DNA from: an uncultured delta proteobacterium
GTDB taxonomy: Bacteria; Desulfobacterota; Binatia; Binatales; Binataceae
Direction: 5' to 3'
DNA: 64,000 nucleotides
Assembly (NCBI GenBank): GCA_963724765.1
Contig: CAVRVY010000004.1
Location: 1,248,001 to 1,312,000, forward strand
Under the pieces are notes generated by a model that worked only from the letters and a program-made list of their open reading frames with translations, did no database searches and had not been told where the DNA came from. Of this stretch, positions 48,976-57,894 are shown one piece after another (position 1 is the stretch's first letter; every line of letters begins with the position of its first letter). Position numbers and translations under genes: made by a program.

Positions 48976-49551
48976 TTAGGATATGGCAGCGCCGACCGTT
49001 TTGAAAAGCGGCTCGAGCAGGTCGAAGGTCTCCTCGAGATGTTGCGAGATCACACGGGTGGCCGCCAGCACCGGCATGAAGTTGACGTCACCCTCCCAGC
49101 GCGGCACCACGTGCCAGTGCATGTGATCGGCGAAGCCCGCGCCGGCGCTGCGCCCCAGATTGGCGCCCAGGTTAAACCCGTCGCAGTGGTAGGCACGGCG
49201 CAACAGCGCCACCGCCGCGGCCTGCAGCTCGGCGAGCGCGGCGCGCTCGGTGCGCTCGAGCAATTCAGGCGACGCGAGATGGCGCCGCGGCGCGATCATC
49301 AGGTGACCGTTGTTGTACGGGTAGCGGTTGAGCATCACCAGCGCTAGCGGCCCCGCGTAGAGCACCAGGCGGCGGCGGCGCTCACGGGCGTTGGGCTCGC
49401 CAAAGCAGAAGATGCATCCGCGCCCCGGCGTGGCGGCGGCGTGCAGGTAGGACGCGCGCCAGGGCGCCCACAGCCGCGGCGGCGCGCCGCTTAGGGCCTC
49501 AGGCCGAGCGGGCTTACGCCGAGCGCGCCTGGGCGTCCTGCTCCGCGCCAT
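48976..49551 (-). CDS. HIT-family protein (Ap4A phosphorylase-like)
   Basis: LWAPWR, CIFC, LNRYPYNNGH, HMHWHVVPRW. Confidence 0.9.
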   Translation of the reverse strand: MARSRTPRRARRKPARPEALSGAPPRLWAPWRASYLHAAATPGRGCIFCFGEPNARERRRRLVLYAGPLALVMLNRYPYNNGHLMIAPRRHLASPELLERTERAALAELQAAAVALLRRAYHCDGFNLGANLGRSAGAGFADHMHWHVVPRWEGDVNFMPVLAATRVISQHLEETFDLLEPLFKTVGAAIS

Positions 49552-49822
49552 TGAGGCCCGCGCGCAGCTCCTTGCCGGTCCGAAAGAAAGGTACCCGCTT
49601 GGCTTCCACGTCGACCATATCGCCGGTGCGCGGGTTGCGTCCCTGGCGCGCACGGCGCTGCTTGACCCCGAAGCTGCCGAAGCCGCGAATCTCAATACGC
49701 CCGCCATGGGCCAGCACGCTGGCCATCTCTTCGAACATCGCGTTGACGATGGTCTCGGACTGGCGATGCGAGAATTTCTGATGCCTTGCCAGCAATTCCT
49801 CGATGATGCCGCGTTTGGTCAC
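49514..49822 (-). CDS. ihfB: Integration host factor beta
   Basis: RIEIRGFGSF, GRNPRTG, PFFRTGKELR; follows rpsA. Confidence 0.9.
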   Translation of the reverse strand: MTKRGIIEELLARHQKFSHRQSETIVNAMFEEMASVLAHGGRIEIRGFGSFGVKQRRARQGRNPRTGDMVDVEAKRVPFFRTGKELRAGLNGAEQDAQARSA

Positions 49823-49915
49823 TGGACCACCTGTACCCCTGCCGCGCCCGTGCCGCTCGCTTTTGCCGCGCCTGGCGGAAGTGTCGGGCGCGCTGCGCGC
49901 TAACGGTCGCGTCGT

Positions 49916-51661
49916 TTACCGGTCACGTCGCTGGCCGCGCGGAGCGGTGCGCCCGCTCTCGTCGCGATCGAGCCGGAGTTCCTCGTTGAGGATGTCTTCC
50001 ATCGAAAAGCGCGCCGCTTCATGCTCGCGCTTGAGATAGGCCTGCATCTCCTCGCGCTCCTCGTGCTGCTTGACGGCCTTGACCGAGAGTCCGATCCGGC
50101 GCTCGCGGCTGTCGACCTGCACCACGATCGCTTCGATCTCGTCGTCGACCTTATACAGCGAGGAAGGCTTGTCGACCCGCTCGTTGCTGAGCTGCGAGAT
50201 GTGGATCAAGCCCTCGATTCCCTCCTCCAGCTCGACGAACACTCCGAAATCAGCCACCGAGCTCACCTTGCCGCGCACCCGCGTGTTGAGCGGATAGCGC
50301 TGCGCCACGCTCGACCACGGGTCGGGCGTAAGCTGCTTGACGCCGAGGCTCACGCGCTCGTTCTCGACGTCGATGCCGAGCACGGTGGCCTCGACCTCGT
50401 CGCCCTTCTTATAAACTTCCGAGGGATGGCGCACCTTCTTGGTCCACGAGAGGTCCGAGATATGCACCAGGCCGTCGATCCCCGGTTCGATCTCGATAAA
50501 CACGCCGAAGTCGGTAATCGACTTGACCTTGCCTTTGACCATGCTGCCGACCGGATGCTTCTGCGCCAGCTCTTCCCACGGATTGGGTTCGGTCTGCTTG
50601 AGCCCGAGCGAGATGCGCCGGTTGGCCTCGTCGACGCCCAGCACCTGGACCTCGACCATGTCGCCCTGATTGACGACCTTGGACGGATGCACCGCGCGCT
50701 TGCTCCAGCTCATCTCGGAGACGTGGATCAGCCCCTCGACGCCTTTCTCCAGTTCGACGAAAGCGCCGTAGTCGGTGACGCTGACGACTTTGCCCTTGAA
50801 GCGCGCGCCGACCGGATAATTGTCGGCCGAGCGCGCCCATGGGTCGGGCATGATCTGTTTCATGCCGAGCGACACACGCTCGCGCGAGGGATCGTACTTG
50901 AGCACTACCACCTTGACCTTGTCGCCGACCTTGACCGCCTCGGAAGGATGCTGCAGCCGGCCCCACGACATGTCGGTGATGTGCAGCAGGCCGTCGAGCC
51001 CGCCGAGATCGACGAAGGCGCCGTAGTCGGTGATGTTCTTGACCACGCCTTCGAGGATCACGCCCTCTTCGAGCACCTTGAGCGTCTGCTCCTTGAGCTC
51101 GGTGCGCTCGCGTTCGATCACGGCGCGGCGCGACACCACCACGTTGCCGCGTGCGCGGTTGAACTTGAGCAATTGGAAGCGCCCGCGCTGGCCGACGTAG
51201 CGGTCCAGGTTGCGGGCCGGGCGGATGTCCACGTGCGAGCCGGGCAGGAAAGCCGGCACGCCGATATCGACCTGCAGGCCGCCCTTGACCTTGCCGAGGA
51301 TCACGCCCTCGACCGGCATCTCGTTCTGGAACGCGCGCTCGAGCTCGCGCCAGACCTTGAACTTCTCCGCCTTGGCGTGCGAGAGGGTGACCGTGCCGTT
51401 CTCGGTCTCGGTGCCCTCGAAATAGACGTCAACCTCGTCGCCTTCCCTGACCACAGGGTTGCCCTCGTGGTCGAGGAACTCGGCGAGAGGCACCTGCCCT
51501 TCGCACTTGTAGTTGATGTCGATGATGACGCTGTCGCGCGTGATCAGAAGAACCGTTCCGGAGAGTACATCGCCGGGGCGGGGAGCCCTGAGGCTCTGTT
51601 CCATCAGCGACTCGAAGTCATTATCTCCTCCATGCACCTTGTCAGACAACTCTTTCTCCAT
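49916..51661 (-). CDS. rpsA: 30S ribosomal protein S1
   Basis: Six S1 repeats (DYGAFVDLGGLDGLLHITDMSW etc.). Confidence 0.97.
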   Translation of the reverse strand: MEKELSDKVHGGDNDFESLMEQSLRAPRPGDVLSGTVLLITRDSVIIDINYKCEGQVPLAEFLDHEGNPVVREGDEVDVYFEGTETENGTVTLSHAKAEKFKVWRELERAFQNEMPVEGVILGKVKGGLQVDIGVPAFLPGSHVDIRPARNLDRYVGQRGRFQLLKFNRARGNVVVSRRAVIERERTELKEQTLKVLEEGVILEGVVKNITDYGAFVDLGGLDGLLHITDMSWGRLQHPSEAVKVGDKVKVVVLKYDPSRERVSLGMKQIMPDPWARSADNYPVGARFKGKVVSVTDYGAFVELEKGVEGLIHVSEMSWSKRAVHPSKVVNQGDMVEVQVLGVDEANRRISLGLKQTEPNPWEELAQKHPVGSMVKGKVKSITDFGVFIEIEPGIDGLVHISDLSWTKKVRHPSEVYKKGDEVEATVLGIDVENERVSLGVKQLTPDPWSSVAQRYPLNTRVRGKVSSVADFGVFVELEEGIEGLIHISQLSNERVDKPSSLYKVDDEIEAIVVQVDSRERRIGLSVKAVKQHEEREEMQAYLKREHEAARFSMEDILNEELRLDRDESGRTAPRGQRRDR

Positions 51662-51730
51662 TTAGTGGGACCTTCCCCGGAATTCGAGGCTACAGCAATG
51701 CATACCGCCCAGCCCTCTGCGTTTCAAGCC

Positions 51731-52411
51731 CTAAGCCGCGCCGACGCGCGTGCTGACGCGTTGTGCCATCAGCGTTACTACCTCTTCGACACTCATCCGG
51801 CTCGCGTCGACGACTATTGCGTCGGCCGCGGGCCTTAGCGGCGCCAGCTCGCGGCCGCGGTCGCGCCGGTCGCGTTCGTGCAATTGCGCGAGTACTTCCG
51901 CGCACGCGATCTTAACCCCGCGCGCGTCCAGTTCGCGCCAGCGCCGCTCGGCGCGCACCTCGGCGCTGGCGTCGAGAAAAAATTTGAACTCGGCGTCGGG
52001 AAAGACCGCGGTGCCGATGTCGCGGCCTTCCATCACCACCCCGCCGCGTTCGCCGGCGGCGCGCTGCAGGTCGCGCATCCGCACCCGCACCGCCCCGAGC
52101 GTCGAAAGGCGTGACGCGTTCTCGCTCATCGCGGGCGATCCAATCTCGGCGCTTACGTCGCGGCCGTCGAGCATGATGCGCCCGCCGGAAAAATCAATCC
52201 GCGCCGCCTTGAGCAGCGCGTCGAGCTTGCCCTCGGCCTCGGGATCATCGTCGCCGATGCCGGCGGCGCGCGCCGCGACCGCGACCGCGCGGTACATCGC
52301 ACCCGTGTTGACGTACTCGAAGCCAAGCACCTCGGCCAGGCGCCGGGCGACAGTAGATTTGCCCGCGCTGACCGGCCCATCGATTGCGATTACCGGACGT
52401 GAGCGCGTCAC
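51731..52411 (-). CDS. cmk: Cytidylate kinase
   Basis: IAIDGPVSAGKST, TGAMYR, EGRDIGT.VFPDA. Confidence 0.95.
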   Translation of the reverse strand: MTRSRPVIAIDGPVSAGKSTVARRLAEVLGFEYVNTGAMYRAVAVAARAAGIGDDDPEAEGKLDALLKAARIDFSGGRIMLDGRDVSAEIGSPAMSENASRLSTLGAVRVRMRDLQRAAGERGGVVMEGRDIGTAVFPDAEFKFFLDASAEVRAERRWRELDARGVKIACAEVLAQLHERDRRDRGRELAPLRPAADAIVVDASRMSVEEVVTLMAQRVSTRVGAA

Positions 52412-53271
52412 TTGAGCCCCTCGCGCATCGCACGCCCGCGGTTGAAAATTTCCTCGAAGCGCGCGACGTCGCCGCTAGCAATCGCGCGCTCGAATTCATC
52501 CAGCGCGGCGCGAAAAAGTCCGAGCGACGCCAGGATCGCGTCGCGATTGGTCAACACGATGTCGCGCCACATCTCGGCCGACGACGCCGCGATCCGCGTG
52601 GTGTCGCGAAGACCTCCCGCGCCGTAGGCCGCCGCTTCGTGCTCGCCCACCCGCTCACCGCAAAGCGCCGCGGCGAGCGCGCTTGCGACCAGCTGCGGCA
52701 GATGGCTTGCGCGCGCGAGTATCTCGTCATGTTCATCGGGCGCCATCCGCTCTACCCGCGAGCCGGTCGCCCGCCACAACCGTTCGACCCGGCCGATCGC
52801 GTCCGGCGTGCTGCGCGCCGACGGCGTGATTATCGTGCGGCGTCCGATGAACAGGCTCTTGTCCGCGGCGCCCGCGCCGGTGCTTTCCTTGCCGGCCACC
52901 GGATGCACCGCGACCAGCGCCATCTTTGGGCCAAGCAGCGGCTCGAGTGCGCGCACCACCCATCCCTTGACGCTGCCGACGTCGGTTATCACCGCCGCGG
53001 GCGGAAGATACGGGATCATCGCAGCCAGCGTCTCGGGCATCGTGCGCACCGGCACCGCCAGCATCACCAGGTCGGCGCCGCGCGCGGCGGCCGCAGGATC
53101 GCGCGTCGCGTCGTCAATGATCCCACGCTCCAGCGCCACGTCGAGGTTCTTTTGCGTGCGGCCCAGACCGACCACGCGCTCGACCAAACCCTCGCGCTTG
53201 GCGATTAACGCGAGCGAGCCGCCGATAAGGCCGACCCCGCACACGGTCATCTGCTTGAACAGCGTGGTCAT
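52408..53271 (-). CDS. tyrA: Prephenate/arogenate dehydrogenase
   Basis: GVGLIGGS, DVGSVK, HPVAG.E, HD...A..SHLP, RDTTRIA. Confidence 0.92.
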   Translation of the reverse strand: MTTLFKQMTVCGVGLIGGSLALIAKREGLVERVVGLGRTQKNLDVALERGIIDDATRDPAAAARGADLVMLAVPVRTMPETLAAMIPYLPPAAVITDVGSVKGWVVRALEPLLGPKMALVAVHPVAGKESTGAGAADKSLFIGRRTIITPSARSTPDAIGRVERLWRATGSRVERMAPDEHDEILARASHLPQLVASALAAALCGERVGEHEAAAYGAGGLRDTTRIAASSAEMWRDIVLTNRDAILASLGLFRAALDEFERAIASGDVARFEEIFNRGRAMREGLK

Positions 53272-53500
53272 GGGGGTCAGTTCCAAACGTCCGTCGAAAC
53301 GCTGTGCGAAATGCCGGCCGAGACTCCAGCCAAGACTTCGGCCAGACCGGATCGAGACTTCAGGGATTGGAGCGTTGGGTAAGTCAAAGCGTGAGGTCAG
53401 ACAACCGCGGCCGCGCCGGGCGAGGTCCAAGACTAGCACATCGGGCAATGCCGCGCTCGTTTCAACGCGTCGAAAATTGTTAATTTTCCGAGAATCGCGA

Positions 53501-54613
53501 TTAGCGAGAAGGTTGACTCTGCAGCACGCGCTCGAGCGCAGCCACCATCCGATGATTCTCTTCCAACAGCCCAATACTGACACGGACGTGGCGCGGCAGC
53601 CCGTACCCGTTCATCGGACGGACAATTACCCCCTGCAGCAGAAGCTTTTCGTAAACCGTACGCCCCTCGCCGACCTCGACCAGGATAAAATTGGCCTGGC
53701 TCGGTAAAAACGGCAGGCCGAGGCGGCGGAACTCGCCCACCAGGTAGGTCATCCCGCTCGCGTTGACCTCCAGCGTGCGCCGCACGTGCTCATGGTCGTC
53801 CATCCCGGCCTCCACCGCGACCAGGCCGAGCGAGGTGATATTGAATGGCTGGCGCACGCTGTTGAGCAGGCGCGTGATGTCTTCGCGCGCCACCGAATAG
53901 CCCACGCGGAGGCCCGCGAGGCCGAAAATCTTCGAGAAAGTGCGCAGCGTCACCAGCATCCGGCGTCCGTCGTGATCCTCCATCGAGTCGGGATACTCGG
54001 GGTCGCGCACGAATTCGAAGTAGGCCTCGTCGGCGACGATCACCACGCGCTCGGGCACGCGCTCCAGGAAGCGCCGCCACTGGGCCTTGCGGTAGATGGT
54101 GCCGGTCGGATTGTTCGGATTGCCGAGGAACACCAGGCGCGTGTTGTCGTCGATCGCGGAGGCCATCGCGTCGAGGTCGAAGACGTAATCCTCGCGTAAC
54201 GGAACGACTTTGGCCGCGCCGCCCGAGGCCGCGATCGCAAGCTGGTAGATGACGAACGAGTGCTCCGCGATCACCGCGTTCAGGCCGGGACGCAAAAAAA
54301 GATAGACCAGCAGGTTCAGAATTTCGCACGAGCCAGAGCCCATGAAAATCCGATCCGGGCTAACCCGATGCTTGGCCGCAATCTTGTGGCGCAGCGTCCA
54401 GCTCGAGCCGTCGGGGTAGCGATGGAGGTCGCCAAGCGCAGCGCTAATCGCAGCCAACGCCTTGGGCGACGGACCGACCGGATTTTCATTGGAGGCGAGC
54501 TTGGCCGGCTCGCCGATACCCAGTTCGCGCTGGACCTCTTCGATAGGCTTGCCGGGCTCGTAGGGATGGAGCGCGGCAACCGCTGGCAAAACCAGATCGT
54601 CGGCTTTTATCAA
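53501..54613 (-). CDS. hisC: Histidinol-phosphate aminotransferase
   Basis: YEPGKP, KLASNENP, NPNNPTG, DEAY, RTFSKIFGLAGLRVG. Confidence 0.95.
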   Translation of the reverse strand: MIKADDLVLPAVAALHPYEPGKPIEEVQRELGIGEPAKLASNENPVGPSPKALAAISAALGDLHRYPDGSSWTLRHKIAAKHRVSPDRIFMGSGSCEILNLLVYLFLRPGLNAVIAEHSFVIYQLAIAASGGAAKVVPLREDYVFDLDAMASAIDDNTRLVFLGNPNNPTGTIYRKAQWRRFLERVPERVVIVADEAYFEFVRDPEYPDSMEDHDGRRMLVTLRTFSKIFGLAGLRVGYSVAREDITRLLNSVRQPFNITSLGLVAVEAGMDDHEHVRRTLEVNASGMTYLVGEFRRLGLPFLPSQANFILVEVGEGRTVYEKLLLQGVIVRPMNGYGLPRHVRVSIGLLEENHRMVAALERVLQSQPSR

Positions 54614-54633
54614 GGCGCTTGCGGGCGGCCGCG

Positions 54634-55806
54634 CTAGGCGGCGGGCTGCCTTCCCTCAGGATACGATCCCAGTACTTTCAAAAAAAGGGCTTTGCGCTCG
54701 AGCGCGGCGAGCGCCCGCTTGAGGCCGGGGTCCTCGCGATTGCCCTGCAGATCGACGAAAAACAGGTACTCCCACGGGCGCGATCGCAGCGGGCGCGATT
54801 CGATTTTCGAAATGTTGATCCGGTTGCGCGCGAAGATGTTGAGCGCCTGGTTGAGCGCGCCGACCTGGTCGCGCACCGCGAACAGCGCGGTGGTCTTGTC
54901 CGATCCGCTGCGGCCGGCTGCAGTCCGCCCGATCACCAGGAAGCGCGTGGTGTTCTGCGCCGAGTCCTGGATGTTGCGCGCGACGACGCGCAATCCGTAG
55001 GGCGCCGCCGCCGCCTCCGACGCGATCGCCGCCGCATCGGGCTCGGCCGCCGCACGCTGCGCTGCCGCCGCGTTGGAGGCCGCCGCCTCGAGCCGGCAGC
55101 GCGGAAAGTTGGCGGCCAGATAGTTGCGGCACTGGCCTAGCGATTGCTGATGGGAATAAATGACGGCAATCGCCGCGGTGTCGCCCTCGCGCGACATCAG
55201 GGCGTGGCGAATCGGCAGCAGCACCTCGCCGATGATCACCAGCGGCGTGTCGATCAGCAAATCGAGCGTCAGCGTCACCGAGCCCTCGCTGGAGTTTTCC
55301 ACCGGCACCACGCCGAAGTCGGCGCGCGCGGTGTCGAGCGCCGCGAACACCGCAGCGATCGAGGGCTCGGCGGCAAACTCGGCGCTCGAACCGAAGCGCA
55401 GCCGCGCCGCCTCGTGCGAATAGGTATGCTCGGGGCCCAGATAGGCGACGCGCAGCGGATGCTCGAGCGCGGTGCAGGCCGAAATTATCTCGACAAAGAT
55501 GCGCCGCAGATGCTCGCTCGTAAGTGGCCCCGCATTGAGCGCCGTCACCCGGTCGAGAACCGCGCGCTCGCGCGCAGGCTGGTAGATCGCGGCGCCGCCG
55601 GCCTGCTTGAGATGGCCGATCGCCTGCGCGATTTTCGCGCGCTGGTTGAGCAGGCGCACCAGTTTGACGTTGATCGCGTCGATTTGCGTGCGCAGGCGGT
55701 CGAGCCCGGCGAGATCCATTGAATCTACCGAGCGTGCCGGCTTTGCGCCGGCGGGGTCTTTGGGTTTTCGCGATGCGCTTGCGGGGGACGCCATACTCGA
55801 TGCCAT
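54634..55806 (-). CDS. pheA: Chorismate mutase/prephenate dehydratase (P-protein)
   Basis: LRTQIDAIN..L..LLNQR, VPVENSSEG, NTTRF, IESRP; start uncertain. Confidence 0.93.
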   Translation of the reverse strand: MASSMASPASASRKPKDPAGAKPARSVDSMDLAGLDRLRTQIDAINVKLVRLLNQRAKIAQAIGHLKQAGGAAIYQPARERAVLDRVTALNAGPLTSEHLRRIFVEIISACTALEHPLRVAYLGPEHTYSHEAARLRFGSSAEFAAEPSIAAVFAALDTARADFGVVPVENSSEGSVTLTLDLLIDTPLVIIGEVLLPIRHALMSREGDTAAIAVIYSHQQSLGQCRNYLAANFPRCRLEAAASNAAAAQRAAAEPDAAAIASEAAAAPYGLRVVARNIQDSAQNTTRFLVIGRTAAGRSGSDKTTALFAVRDQVGALNQALNIFARNRINISKIESRPLRSRPWEYLFFVDLQGNREDPGLKRALAALERKALFLKVLGSYPEGRQPAA

Positions 55807-55862
55807 CTCGGGCGACGTTATATCGGAATATCGCAAAAGATGGCTAACCCAACAGGAGATGG

Positions 55863-56849
55863 CTAACCCAACGGGGGCTGATTTTCAACGCGCCGTCCCG
55901 AAATGAACGCCGTGCCCATCGCGGCGAATTTCTTCTCGCGCTCGCGGCGTAGTCGAATCGGGGAGAGTCGCGCGAGGCGCACGAGATGACGCTCGATCGC
56001 GTGGCCCAGGTCGCGCGCGGCGCGATTCGGGTCCTGATGCGCTCCGCCTGCCGGCTCCGGCACGACCTCATCGGCGACTCCGAGACGCAGCAGGTCAGGC
56101 GCCGAGAGCTTGAGCGCCGCAGCCGCGTCGGCCACCCGCTCCGGACCGCCCTCGCGCCACAGAATCGCCGCGCATCCCTCGGGCGTGATCACCGAATAGC
56201 AGGCGTTCTCCTGCATCAGGACGACGTTGGCGACTCCGAGCGCGAGCGCGCCACCCGAGCCGCCCTCGCCGATGACGCACGCGATGACCGGGACCTCCAG
56301 GCGCATCATCAGCTCCAGGTTGGCGGCGATCGCCTCGGCCTGGCCGCGCTCTTCCGCGCCCAACCCCGGCTCCGCACCCTGCGTATCTATAAATGTGATG
56401 AGCGGGAGCCCCATGCGGCTTGCGAGGTCGTACATCCGCGCCGCCTTGCGGTAGCCCTCGGGATGGGGCTTGCCGAAGTTGCGCCGGATCCGCTCCTGGG
56501 TCGAGCGGCCGCGCTGATGGCCGACGATCGCGACCGCACGGCGCCCGAAGTAACCCAGTCCCGCCACGATCGCGCAGTCGTCGGCGAAGCGGCGATCGCC
56601 GTGAATCTCGAAAAAGTCGCGCACCAGATGCTCGACGTAATCCAGGGTCTGCGGACGCGAGGGATTGCGCGCCAGGCGCACGCGTTCGATCGCGCTCGGA
56701 GCGGCCGTGACCGCCGCCGCGGCGGTCGATTCATTTGCAGCCGCGTCCTTAGAAGCCGCGTGCCGGGCATGGGCGGCGGAATTGCCCGCAACCGGATTGC
56801 CGATGCGCGCATTCGTCGCGCGCGGCCGGGGATGTGTCGATGTCGCCAT
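55863..56849 (-). CDS. accA: Acetyl-CoA carboxylase carboxyltransferase alpha
   Basis: HGDRRFADD, RNFG.PHPEGYRKA, GEGGSGGALA, YSVITPEGCA. Confidence 0.95.
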   Translation of the reverse strand: MATSTHPRPRATNARIGNPVAGNSAAHARHAASKDAAANESTAAAAVTAAPSAIERVRLARNPSRPQTLDYVEHLVRDFFEIHGDRRFADDCAIVAGLGYFGRRAVAIVGHQRGRSTQERIRRNFGKPHPEGYRKAARMYDLASRMGLPLITFIDTQGAEPGLGAEERGQAEAIAANLELMMRLEVPVIACVIGEGGSGGALALGVANVVLMQENACYSVITPEGCAAILWREGGPERVADAAAALKLSAPDLLRLGVADEVVPEPAGGAHQDPNRAARDLGHAIERHLVRLARLSPIRLRREREKKFAAMGTAFISGRRVENQPPLG

Positions 56850-56871
56850 AATAATTAAAGATGTAGCGCCC

Positions 56872-57891
56872 TCAGTGGCTCCGTGCTTGCGCGCGCGCGA
56901 AAAATGCGCCGAGCAAGTCGAAAGCTTCCTGTAGCCCGCGCTCCGCGTCAACCCATACGATCTCGGGCTCGGCGCGAAACCAGGTGAGCTGGCGCTTGGC
57001 GAGCCGGCGCGTGTCGCGCTTGGCGAGTTCGATCGCCTCGCCGAGCGTCATCTCGCCGCGCACGGCGGCGGCGATTTGCCGATAGCCGACGGTCCCAAGC
57101 GGCGCCTTGCCGGGATCGCATCCGGCCTCAAGCAGCGCGCGCACCTCGCCCACGAGGCCGCTCGCGACCATCGCGTCGAAGCGCCGGTTAATCGAGTCGT
57201 AGAGGCGCTTGCGCTCCATCGCGAGACCGACCGTCAGCGTCTCGTACTCGCGCGCGGCGAAACGATGGCTTTGCTGGTGGGCGCTTATCGGCTGACCCGT
57301 CAATCGGAAAACTTCGAGCGCGCGCACGATACGGTAGAGGTCGTGATGGCCGATGCGCTCGGCAGACGGCGTGTCGACTTCGGCCAGGCGCGCGTGCAGA
57401 TATTCCACGCCATGCTCGGCGGCGAGCGCCTCCAGTTCGCGGCGCACTTCGGGGGCGGCGGCAGGCCCGGCGAAGATTCCGCCGCGCAGCACGCGCAGAT
57501 AGAAACCGCTGCCGCCGACCACCATCACGTTGCGGCCGCGCAGCGCTATCTCCGCAATCGCCGCGCGCGCGAGCTTCAGGAATTCCGCCACGTCGAGCGG
57601 TTGGTCGATCGCGCGGATGTCCAAAAGATGATGCGGCACGCAGCGGCGATCCTCGGCGTCCGGCTTGGCCGTGCCGATATCCATTCCGCGATAGACCTGG
57701 CGCGAGTCCGCATTGACGATTTCCGCGTTAAGGCGCTCGGCAAGCGCCATCGCGGCGGCCGACTTGCCCACGCCGGTCGGCCCCACGATAAAGCCGATGC
57801 GAATTGCGCACGGCGCATCGGCGGCCTTCGCCGGCGAGGCCGCGTCGTCGTCGATTGAAGCTGCGGTAGTCACTGTCTCCGCCTGGTTCAT
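56872..57891 (-). CDS. miaA: tRNA dimethylallyltransferase
   Basis: GPTGVGKS, DSRQVYRGMDIGTAKP, AKRQLTWF. Confidence 0.96.
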   Translation of the reverse strand: MNQAETVTTAASIDDDAASPAKAADAPCAIRIGFIVGPTGVGKSAAAMALAERLNAEIVNADSRQVYRGMDIGTAKPDAEDRRCVPHHLLDIRAIDQPLDVAEFLKLARAAIAEIALRGRNVMVVGGSGFYLRVLRGGIFAGPAAAPEVRRELEALAAEHGVEYLHARLAEVDTPSAERIGHHDLYRIVRALEVFRLTGQPISAHQQSHRFAAREYETLTVGLAMERKRLYDSINRRFDAMVASGLVGEVRALLEAGCDPGKAPLGTVGYRQIAAAVRGEMTLGEAIELAKRDTRRLAKRQLTWFRAEPEIVWVDAERGLQEAFDLLGAFFARAQARSH

Positions 57892-57894
57892 CGT

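Noticed and set aside
50021-51838. 605-aa ORF antisense to rpsA, and similar long shadow ORFs (11119-12270, 45961-47199, 59963-61204, 18521-19492)
   Set aside because: Mirror frames of strongly biased GC-rich genes; no motifs or RBS
53272-53583. 104-aa N-terminal extension of TyrA
   Set aside because: Overlaps hisC and is low-complexity; homology starts at MTTLFKQ (53271)
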